DNA of 39,821 nt, from positions 1-39,821 of the forward strand of contig CAYHTZ010000008.1 in NCBI GenBank assembly GCA_964359735.1, given 5' to 3'. Position numbers and translations under genes: made by a program. This document shows positions 1 through 7,573 of the stretch, one piece after another. Under the pieces are notes generated by a model that was not told the DNA's origin, ran no database searches, and worked only from the letters and a program-made list of their open reading frames with translations. This DNA comes from an uncultured Candidatus Saccharibacteria bacterium (GTDB taxonomy: Bacteria; Patescibacteriota; Andersenbacteria; UBA10190). Every line of letters starts with the position of its first letter. Positions within the stretch are counted from its first letter, which is position 1.

Positions 1-1
1 A

Positions 2-3000
2 GGATTGGGTCCAGGTGGAGGTGGTTTGGTTCAGGGTCAAGGCGGCGTCGAGATCGAGGGTGTCTTCGAATTGGGCAAAGTCTAGGGTATCGTCAGTGAT
101 TTCGGCCGCGGCGACGGCACCAGCTGGGAGGACAACTTCGCCGGTGCCGGTGCCATCGGTCGTAAGAGTAATGCTGGTGACATCAGCGCTGCCGATCGTG
201 ATCGCCCCAGCACCAGTAGTGTCGTAGACAGTATCTGCCGCACCAGCGTCATCGGCACCTAAGATGGTAACCGTGCCGGCAGTGTTGCGGATAAAGGTGA
301 AGGTGGCGTCAGCGGCTTCCGCGATATCAATCGAGTCACTGTTGGCACCAGTGATGTCGCCACCGGAGACGGTGAGGTCGCCCGTCACTGTGACATTCCC
401 GACCGTGCCACCATCAGCAACGGTCATCAAATCGTTGCCAGAGGTATCTTCGATGGTGAGTGTACCAGTGGCAAGTTCAGCCAGGCGAATGCCATCTAGT
501 AAGAGGAAGTTAGCACCGGCGTTCAAAGCATTCGTAATATCACCAGCTGAAGCATCAATGGCATCGACAATATCGCCAGCAGTGCCCGACGTAGTCGTAA
601 TCAGAATTGCGTCCGTCACGGCGCTAGCAGTGTTCTCAGCGTTACTGAGACGAATGAGAGCTTCATACGAGCCAGCACCAGCGTTGGCGGTGGCCGCGGA
701 ATTAATAACTAAGCCAAAGACATCGGCATCGGCGTCATTGGCGGTTAAGGTAGTGACAATACTTTCAAAGTCAGTCGCCGCAGTGGCACCATCATTCACG
801 GTAAGAGCCACGTTGATGCCATCCACGGCGGCATTCCCCGCCCCCACATTAATGTCTAAGACACCCGTGGTGGTGGTATTGGCAGTGGTAGAAGCATCAA
901 TCGTCAGGAAGCCAGATGCGGGGAAGGTAAAGTCAATCGTCGAGTCATCTTCGAACAGGGCAACATTCGTAGTCCCGTCTCGAACAGCAAAGTCTCCCGT
1001 AGAGTCAAGATCAACACTGAGAAGATTCGCGCCGAGATTGATGTCAGTGGCAGCGTCTACGTCGAGAGTGTCTTGGAATTGGGCGAAATCGAGGACATCG
1101 TCACCTACGTCGGCGGCGGCAATGGTGCCGTCTAAGATTTCGGTGGAATCAATGCTGCCGGCGGGCAAGGCTACCTCAGCAGTGCCGGTGCCATCGGTAG
1201 TGACGGTGACGCTAGTGACATCCGCAGAACCTATCGTAATAGCATTTGCTCCCCCGGCGTCATAGGTGGTGGCACCGTTGCCGGTAAAGGTGGTGCCGGT
1301 CAGCTGAAGGGTGGTAGCTGTCACATTGACAGTGCCATCGGTATTATTGTCGATAGTCTCATCATTCTGCAGCACGATGTCAGTGGTGACATCGGTGTCA
1401 TCAATATTAATGGCATTGGTGACCCCACCCGCAATGTTGCCAGTATTCACAATGCGTAAGGCATCAGTGACCACGGTGGAGCCGGTGGTGGAGGTGTCGG
1501 CATTGTCAAGAGTGAGAAGCGCGGCCACGGCGTTATCGGTAGCGTTGGTGGTAGCCTGGTTTTGAATGCGCATGGCCGTCTCGGTGTTTCCCGCGATGGT
1601 GGGGTTGTTGGTGAAATTAACGGTCAGGCCAGCAAAATCAGAGTTAGCAGCTGTGCCTTGGGCATTCGTGAGATCAAACTGGATCTGTTGGATGGCAGCA
1701 TCAGAGGTAGCAGTATTGGTGGCGTTGACATCTAAGGCTGTGCCAGTGGTGAGGCTAGTGGCGCTGTAGGTGAGCCCATCAGTGGTGGTGCCGGTGAATG
1801 ATTGGGTCCAGGTGGAGGTGGTTTGGTTCAGGGTCAAGGCGGCATCAAGGTCAAGGGTGTCTTCGAAGCTGTCGAAATCAAGGCTGTCATCGTCAACACT
1901 GATCGTGACTGTGTCGGTTGCTCCCGCGGTGGCGGTAAGATCTGCACCGGTAGCGATGGTGACAGTGTTGCCGTCGGTGATGGTTTGGGAAGTACCGGTA
2001 TCCCCGGCGAGAGTGAAGGAACTCATGCTGCTCGCCGCGCAACTCTGCCACTCAAAATCTCCGGTTGTTGTCTCATAGGTGAGGCATTCTTCGTCAACGG
2101 CGGCGTCGACGGCTTTGAGATCAGCTTCGAGTAAGGTGTCGTCGAGAATTTCGGTTGAGTTAATTGCGCCGGTGGGTAGGCTCACTTCACCGTCGCCCGT
2201 GCCATCGGTGGTGACGGTAAGGGCATCGAGGCCAGCAGAGCCGAGTGTAAGTGTGCCGCTGGCATCAACGCTGTAGGAAGTACCAGTAATAGTATTGGCA
2301 CCGACGTTGAGGGCATTGGTAATGTCAGCAGCGGAGGCGTCGATAGCGTCTACGATGTCCCCCGCTGTCCCAGATGTCGTAGTAATTAAGATAGCGTCGG
2401 TAACGGCGCCGGCGGTGTTTTCGGCGTTCGTTAAGACAATCAGACCTTCATAACTGCCGGCGGCAGCGTTCGTAGTGGCGGCTGAGGATATTACCAGTCC
2501 AAAGAGATCGGCATCAGCGTCGTTAGCAGTGAGAGTAGTGACAATTGCTTCTTGATCCGTGCCGGCGGTGGCACCGTCATTTGAGGTCAAGGCTACATTA
2601 ATACCGTCCACAGCGGCGTTGCCGGCGCCTACATTAATATCAAGTACACCTGTGGTTGTAGTGTTAGCTGTAGTTGAAGCATCAATGGTAAGAAACCCAG
2701 CCGCGGGGAAGGTGACATCAACGGTGGAGTCGTCTTCGAAGAGAACAACATTAGTCGTGCCGTCACGAATGGCGAAGTCGCCAGTGGAGTCGAGATCAAC
2801 TGAGAGAAGATTCGCTCCCAGATTAATGTCAGTGGCAGCATCTACATCCAGGGTGTCTTCGAAGTCCACGAAATCCAGAACGTCATCGGTGATGTTGCTG
2901 CCGCCCACGCCTGAGACGGAAATACTGTGGGCAATGCCTTCGCCCGTGGCGGCACCGGTGGTAGAGATGCCCGAACCAGCGGCAATGGTGGCAACGTAGT

Positions 3001-5704
3001 CACCAGTAGTATCGGTGGTTAAGGCCACGGCGTTAGCGGCTATGGCGAGGGTGCCGGTGGTGCCAATGGTGGCATCGCCGCCCATCACAACCGGGTTAAA
3101 GTTCGTGCCATCCGCCACCAGCACTGCCCCGGACGTATTGGTGGTCATGAATAGGTCGTCGCCGGAGATGGTGAGATCACCGGTCACGGTGGCATTACTG
3201 CTGGTCGTGACAGTGCCAGCCGTTAGCGTGATAGTGCCATCGGTGTTGTTATCAATGGTTTCATCGTTCTGTAAAACGATATCGGTCGTGATGTCAGCGT
3301 CATCAATGTTAATGGCGTTGGTGATACCTCCGGAGATATCACCAGAATTGATGATGCGTAAGGCATTCGTAGCCACGGTGGAGCCGGTCGTGGAGGTATC
3401 AGCATTGTCGAGCGTTAAGAGAGCAGTGACGGCATTGTCGGTGGTGTTCGAGGTGGCTTGGTTTTGTATACGTAGAGCCGTTTCTGTATTGCCCGCAACA
3501 GTCGGGTTATTCGTAAAGTTCACCGTAAGCCCAGCAAAGTTCGTGTTAGCGGCCGTGGCCTGGGCGTTAGTGAGGTCGAACTGCACTTGCTCGATTGCGG
3601 CATCGGCAGTGTGGGTGTTAGTGACATTCACATCAAGGCCAGTACCGGAGGTTAAGGAAGTAGCGCTGTAGGTGAAGCCATCGGTGGTAGTGCCGGTAAA
3701 CGATTGCGTCCAGGTGTTCGTGGTCTGGTTGAGAGTTAAGGCCGCATCGAGGTCGAGGGTGTCTTCGAAGTCCACGAAATCCAGAACGTCATCGGTGATG
3801 TTGCTGCCGCCCACGCCTGAGACGGAAATACTGTGGGCAATGCCTTCGCCCGTGGCGGCACCGGTGGTAGAGATGCCCGAACCAGCGGCAATGGTGGCAA
3901 CGTAGTCACCGGTGGTGTCGGTAGTTAGGGTGACGCTGTTGGCCTGGATTGTGAAAGCACCAGCGCTACTGACATCGACGTCACCCGAAGCATCGACTGG
4001 ATTAAAGTTGGTGCCGTCGGCAACCAGGATGAAGCCAGATGTATTGGTACCCATCACAAGATCATCACCAGAGATGGTAAGGTCGCCAGTTAAGGAAAGG
4101 TTGCCGGTCGTGCCAGCATCGGTGAGTGTCATTAATGTGTTCGTTCCATCGGTAAAAGTAAGGGTAGAAGCGTCTAGAGCAATGGTGTCGGCTAAGCTTG
4201 CACCATCAATTGAGTCTGCCTCCACAGAAATGGTGATGGTATCGGTGGCAGAAGCAACGGAGTTGATGCCCGTGCCGGCGGTGATGGTGAGCGTGTTACC
4301 GTCGCTGATGGTTTGACTGGTGCCGGACTCCCCAGCCACGGTGAACGAGGTCATACCGCCGCTCGAAGTTGACCACGAGAGTTGTCCGGATCCATCGGTA
4401 GTTAAAATTTGGTTAGTGCTACCGTCGGAAGATGGGAGAGTCCATAAGACACTGGAGCTAATAGTGCCCGGAGCTTGGAAGCCGATATAGTTATTTGATC
4501 CGGGTGCGGCAAAGCGAACGTCTGATTGGCCGGTGAGGGTGAGGTTGCCCGACATTTCATCGCCGGTATTGAGCACATAAATATCCTCAATCTGTTTCTC
4601 GTTGAGACAGTTAGTGCAATCTACGCCTCCCACGGTTACCTCTCCGAAATTTTTCCAGACAGGAGTTTGCCCCTTGCCTTGACTCGTAAGCACTTGGTTG
4701 GCATCGCCGGCTTGGCCATCAAGGGTGAGTGTGCCTTGGATGTCGAGTTTTGACCCACCGTGCGCGATAATATTTTTGTCGTGGTCGATAGTGAGAGTAT
4801 CGTGCTCATGGTCGCGCACAACGAACTTGGTTCCATCATCACGCAGATCTATATATAGGTATTCGGCGGGAGCGTAAATGTCGAAGGAGAGGCCGCCTTC
4901 CTTGTCATCAGCAGTAATGGCCCTCTCAATGCCAGGTTGCTGATCATAAATAGACTCGAAGGTTATGCCATGTCTTGCAGAAGTAGTCCCGGCCACGCGG
5001 CTGGCAGATGAAGACGAACCTGGCATCCTCTCTTCACTGGTAGTTATCCCCACTACTTCAGCCATCTGCTCTTCCGATGAGATATCCTGCTCTTCGCTTG
5101 GTTGAGGCTCTATGTTGTCTTTAGCCCACGTGATATAAGAAGGATTCGCTGCTTCCCCTCCTTGCAAAGTAGGCTGGCTAGCCGTCCTACCCCAGGCTGC
5201 CACGGCTACGAGAAAGAGAACTACTGCTGCCACGGCCCAGCGAGGATTGCGAACAAATAGCTTTTTGACTCTTTCAAAAAATGTCCCCGGCCTGGCAATA
5301 GTTTTTGGTCTACTTGGGACACTGTTTAGTAACGGCGCCGCCTTGAGGGCAGATTTTCGCTCGCGCCGACGGGCAGCCGCCACCCTAATGTATTGATGAA
5401 TCGTTTCCTCGGAATAGAGACGCTCTCCCCCTTCACTGCGTTTTGGGGTAAGGAGTCCGTCTTTTTCCAGACGGCGAAGAGTAGAAGCGGAAACCCCCAA
5501 CTTTTTGGCTGCTTCTGAAATGGTCAGGGGCTGTGTGGCCTTCACTCTTTCTAGCTCAGCGACATCAAAATACCGGTTCCTCCCCTTCAGCCGATTGGAG
5601 TGGATGATGCCTTTTTCGTCCCAGCGGCGGATTGTATCTATGGAAACACCAAGCAAGCGGGCAGCTTCCCGGATCGGTACCCAACGAGAGGAGTAAGACT
5701 CCAT
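2..5704 (-). CDS. Giant membrane-anchored protein: 2x MerR/HTH_17-type HTH + TM helix + long repetitive T/D/G/A-rich fibre-like region (3' end outside window)
   Basis: Manual translation from ATG 5704: MESYSSRWVPIREAARLLGVSIDTIRRWDEKG...LTISEAAKKLGVSASTLRRLEKDGLL...; TM WAVAAVVLFLVAVAAW (~5192-5239); NYIGFQAPGTISSSVLWTLPSSDGSTNQILTTDGSGQLSW (~4370-4490). The same frame reads ...TWTQS at positions 2-16. Absent from the ORF track because no stop lies in the window. Confidence 0.9.
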   Translation of the reverse strand, partial: MESYSSRWVPIREAARLLGVSIDTIRRWDEKGIIHSNRLKGRNRYFDVAELERVKATQPLTISEAAKKLGVSASTLRRLEKDGLLTPKRSEGGERLYSEETIHQYIRVAAARRRERKSALKAAPLLNSVPSRPKTIARPGTFFERVKKLFVRNPRWAVAAVVLFLVAVAAWGRTASQPTLQGGEAANPSYITWAKDNIEPQPSEEQDISSEEQMAEVVGITTSEERMPGSSSSASRVAGTTSARHGITFESIYDQQPGIERAITADDKEGGLSFDIYAPAEYLYIDLRDDGTKFVVRDHEHDTLTIDHDKNIIAHGGSKLDIQGTLTLDGQAGDANQVLTSQGKGQTPVWKNFGEVTVGGVDCTNCLNEKQIEDIYVLNTGDEMSGNLTLTGQSDVRFAAPGSNNYIGFQAPGTISSSVLWTLPSSDGSTNQILTTDGSGQLSWSTSSGGMTSFTVAGESGTSQTISDGNTLTITAGTGINSVASATDTITISVEADSIDGASLADTIALDASTLTFTDGTNTLMTLTDAGTTGNLSLTGDLTISGDDLVMGTNTSGFILVADGTNFNPVDASGDVDVSSAGAFTIQANSVTLTTDTTGDYVATIAAGSGISTTGAATGEGIAHSISVSGVGGSNITDDVLDFVDFEDTLDLDAALTLNQTTNTWTQSFTGTTTDGFTYSATSLTSGTGLDVNVTNTHTADAAIEQVQFDLTNAQATAANTNFAGLTVNFTNNPTVAGNTETALRIQNQATSNTTDNAVTALLTLDNADTSTTGSTVATNALRIINSGDISGGITNAINIDDADITTDIVLQNDETIDNNTDGTITLTAGTVTTSSNATVTGDLTISGDDLFMTTNTSGAVLVADGTNFNPVVMGGDATIGTTGTLAIAANAVALTTDTTGDYVATIAAGSGISTTGAATGEGIAHSISVSGVGGSNITDDVLDFVDFEDTLDVDAATDINLGANLLSVDLDSTGDFAIRDGTTNVVLFEDDSTVDVTFPAAGFLTIDASTTANTTTTGVLDINVGAGNAAVDGINVALTSNDGATAGTDQEAIVTTLTANDADADLFGLVISSAATTNAAAGSYEGLIVLTNAENTAGAVTDAILITTTSGTAGDIVDAIDASAADITNALNVGANTITGTSYSVDASGTLTLGSAGLDALTVTTDGTGDGEVSLPTGAINSTEILDDTLLEADLKAVDAAVDEECLTYETTTGDFEWQSCAASSMSSFTLAGDTGTSQTITDGNTVTIATGADLTATAGATDTVTISVDDDSLDFDSFEDTLDLDAALTLNQTTSTWTQSFTGTTTDGLTYSATSLTTGTALDVNATNTATSDAAIQQIQFDLTNAQGTAANSDFAGLTVNFTNNPTIAGNTETAMRIQNQATTNATDNAVAALLTLDNADTSTTGSTVVTDALRIVNTGNIAGGVTNAINIDDTDVTTDIVLQNDETIDNNTDGTVNVTATTLQLTGTTFTGNGATTYDAGGANAITIGSADVTSVTVTTDGTGTAEVALPAGSIDSTEILDGTIAAADVGDDVLDFAQFQDTLDVDAATDINLGANLLSVDLDSTGDFAVRDGTTNVALFEDDSTIDFTFPASGFLTIDASTTANTTTTGVLDINVGAGNAAVDGINVALTVNDGATAATDFESIVTTLTANDADADVFGLVINSAATANAGAGSYEALIRLSNAENTASAVTDAILITTTSGTAGDIVDAIDASAGDITNALNAGANFLLLDGIRLAELATGTLTIEDTSGNDLMTVADGGTVGNVTVTGDLTVSGGDITGANSDSIDIAEAADATFTFIRNTAGTVTILGADDAGAADTVYDTTGAGAITIGSADVTSITLTTDGTGTGEVVLPAGAVAAAEITDDTLDFAQFEDTLDLDAALTLNQTTSTWTQS
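2850..3910. repeat. Exact 155-bp direct repeat inside the giant ORF (2850-3004 and 3756-3910)
   Basis: Base-by-base identical AGGGTGTCTTCGAAGTCC...GCAACGTAGTCACC; offset 906 bp (in frame). Confidence 0.95.
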
Positions 5705-5806
5705 TACCTTTACGCTGAAGGATTAACCGCCCTTTCTTGCTTCCCCGAATGTTCTCCCCTATGCAAACCCTGTTCAATGGCTATGGTTTGCCCATTCAAT
5801 AGCTTA

Positions 5807-5815
5807 ATTTTACCA
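5807..5815 (-). promoter_or_regulatory. Extended -10 (TGGTAAAAT) upstream of the giant ORF
   Basis: TGnTAAAAT about 100 nt upstream of ATG 5704. Confidence 0.55.
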
Positions 5816-5871
5816 TGTTTTGCTACCTTCTTTTAGGGTCTGCAACTCTCATCTAGGATTACTTATCCACA

Positions 5872-5975
5872 GTTCGATGCGGTCGCCTTTGGCGACCTTA
5901 CTCACTGTAAACACCCTGACATCGAACTATCCTGAGTGAACGAAGTGAGTCGAAGGACACCACTTCGCTCGGTGG
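5872..5975. repeat. Cluster of REP-like palindromic repeats (TTCGA...CTCA / CCTGAG...GTCGAAGG type)
   Basis: TTCGATGCGGTCGCCTTTGGCGACCTTACTCACTGTAAAC and CCTGAGTGAACGAAGTGAGTCGAAGGA; related to CCCTTCGACAAGCTCAGGGCAAAC at 26237-26260. Confidence 0.6.
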
Positions 5976-5994
5976 GCTTCACAGTGCAGGCACC

Positions 5995-6360
5995 TCAACC
6001 CCTCACTTTTGCTCTTGAGGAGGACCCATAGAAGATTTCGCCTAGGATAACTAGGAATCCAGCCACAATGCATATATCAGCCAGGTTAAAGGCAAAGTTC
6101 TTTACTGTAAAAATGTCCAGGACTTGCTGTCGGACAAGAAGGTCGAGAAGGTTGCTACCCCCGCCCCCCACGATAAGAGCTAGGCCGCTGGAAGGATACT
6201 TAGCCAGGCCCCATAGCGCCACGACTGTGACCGCGAGCGCAAGCAGAGGGTGGTAGAGTTCTCCCTGTAAATAAGGAAGATGAAACGCTACGGCAGCAAG
6301 TTTAAGCCCCTGGTCAACAACTACAACACTGATAATGAGAGCCAAGAGGCGCCAACTCAT
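5995..6360 (-). CDS. lspA: Lipoprotein signal peptidase II (short form)
   Basis: DQxxK near the N-terminus, GGGGSNLLD, VLDIF and FNLAD catalytic motifs; hydrophobic. Confidence 0.85.
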   Translation of the reverse strand: MSWRLLALIISVVVVDQGLKLAAVAFHLPYLQGELYHPLLALAVTVVALWGLAKYPSSGLALIVGGGGSNLLDLLVRQQVLDIFTVKNFAFNLADICIVAGFLVILGEIFYGSSSRAKVRG

Positions 6361-6701
6361 GTAACGAGGGTGGTAGCGGCAGGGTTAGCGTGCAGGCGCT
6401 TTTCGGGGATAATCTCGCCTTTATCAGTAAGGCCGTATTTGCCTTCGGCGATACGGCTCAAGGCGGCATTCACTTCTCGGAGGCGTGCTTCCTTAGCCTC
6501 GGTGACGGCTGATTTAGCGGTGTAATCGGCAATTTCAGTAGCATTATCCTCTTCTCCCTGGCCATAAACCGGGAAATCGGCCACATAATTACCTTCTTGT
6601 TTGTGGGCACTGCCACCCAGCTCTTGCTCAAGGCGGCTCTTCTCTTCTTCTAAGAGGCGCCTCATTTCGGCTATAAACTCATCAGAATGGGCTTTAGGCA
6701 T
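6357..6701 (-). CDS. DksA/TraR family protein (no Cys4 zinc finger)
   Basis: Coiled coil with EEDNATE tip and ALSRIAEGKYG...IPEKRLHANPAAT. Start reassigned to ATG 6701 (MPKAHS), which has TACACT 6 nt upstream. Confidence 0.85.
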   Translation of the reverse strand: MPKAHSDEFIAEMRRLLEEEKSRLEQELGGSAHKQEGNYVADFPVYGQGEEDNATEIADYTAKSAVTEAKEARLREVNAALSRIAEGKYGLTDKGEIIPEKRLHANPAATTLVT

Positions 6702-6715
6702 GGGTTTAGTGTATT

Positions 6716-6769
6716 CCTTCGCCCGGCCGTCGCCAAGGCTATGGCCGGCAGGCGAGGCTACGCGGGGCA
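6716..6769. repeat. Nested palindromic mini-repeat (element within element)
   Basis: CCTTCGC[CCGGCCGTCGCCAAGGCTATGGCCGGCAGGC]GAGGCTACGCGGGGCA. Confidence 0.75.
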
Positions 6770-6779
6770 TTTTGGCGGC

Positions 6780-6835
6780 AAAATGAAAAAGGCCATCAAG
6801 AGCCAAATAGAAAGTTTATAGGGCCGATGGCCTTT
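6780..6835 (-). terminator. Terminator-like hairpin followed by a U-tract on the minus strand
   Basis: Minus strand: AAAGGCCATC...GATGGCCTTTTTCATTTT. Confidence 0.5.
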
Positions 6836-7345
6836 AAGCTCGCGCTAAAAGCCATCATATCGCCTATTCTGTCTGACCTTGTAGGGGGAAACAAGATCAG
6901 ACTGATAAGGCGATCGATAGCAATTTTACAAGCGTGAGCTGTGTGCATCTCTCATCCCCTTCTGCATGGGATAAGATTCCTTGACTGCGATTGCGGATTC
7001 GGTAGAGGCGGTATGTTTGTGCCTCACCATCTCCGCGGCAATGAACGAATGAACAAACGCGTGTTTGATCATATGTTTGTGTTTGCTATGTGAGGCCTGT
7101 GCAGGCAGGCACGTCCTCGCAGCAAAGGGGGTACTCTCTTTCACAAGGAAAGGAAGTACGGTTAGGGAGTATAGGGGGACATACTCCCTAAGCGCACCTC
7201 CTATCTAGGAAAGAAAATACTGAAGTGGGTTGGGAAGGAACTAATCTGGGGGCCTGGAGTGCTGTACACGAGGTATGCTCACCAGGTCCCAAAAAGCTTA
7301 TTTGTCTTGCTTTTTTGTGTTTTAGGCTGATTTAGCCTACTTGTA
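6785..7345 (-). ncRNA. Candidate large structured ncRNA (~560 nt), family unrecognised; strand assigned from promoter
   Basis: About 10 consecutive hairpins, no convincing ORF, upstream TTGATC-17-TATAAT promoter and downstream hairpin plus U-tract. Confidence 0.6.
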
Positions 7346-7351
7346 AAGCTA

Positions 7352-7380
7352 ATTATAGCACGTCGTTGACAGGGGATCAA
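7352..7380 (-). promoter_or_regulatory. sigma70 promoter TTGATC-N17-TATAAT with extended TG
   Basis: Plus-strand ATTATA at 7352-7357, GCA at 7358-7360, GATCAA at 7375-7380. Confidence 0.8.
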
Positions 7381-7437
7381 ACTAAGTAAACCTCAAGTTG
7401 TACACAATCAGTGTTAACAACTTTTGCTGCACTTTTT

Positions 7438-7474
7438 CACCCCGGGAGAGGAATCCAGTTCCACTCCCGGGGTG
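7438..7474. other. GC-rich stem-loop downstream of dinG
   Basis: CACCCCGGGAG / CTCCCGGGGTG 11-bp perfect inverted repeat; no U-tract on the dinG strand. Confidence 0.6.
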
Positions 7475-7489
7475 TTTATAAGATCAGCA

Positions 7490-7527
7490 CCCCGCGAAGC
7501 CCCGCCAGCCGGCGGGGCGAAGTGGGG
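7490..7527. repeat. Nested palindromic mini-repeat
   Basis: CCCCGCGAAGC[CCCGCCAGCCGGCGGG]GCGAAGTGGGG. Confidence 0.75.
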
Positions 7528-7573
7528 TTATTCGGGGAGCCCCGCTGCCGCCACCCGTTCCCCCCTCAAATTT

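Noticed and set aside
2850-3910. 155-bp repeat pair as a DGR template/variable repeat
   Set aside because: The copies are identical (no adenine-specific mismatches), both are internal to one ORF, and no reverse transcriptase is in the window.
15-4316. Series of plus-strand V/S/A-rich ORFs in the ORF track
   Set aside because: Antisense shadows of the giant minus-strand gene; they are broken by stops while the minus frame is continuous.
5863-5871. Perfect DnaA box TTATCCACA (and TGTGCATAA at 15123) as oriC
   Set aside because: Isolated boxes with no cluster, no AT-rich unwinding element and no dnaA nearby.
6926-7144. 72-aa minus-strand ORF within the structured block
   Set aside because: Non-ATG start, no recognisable motif or RBS, and it runs through dense hairpins; not strictly excluded.
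6785-7345. RNase P RNA, tmRNA, SRP RNA or CRISPR array
   Set aside because: Their hallmark motifs were not found by eye on either strand, and the hairpins differ in sequence with no regular repeat-spacer period.
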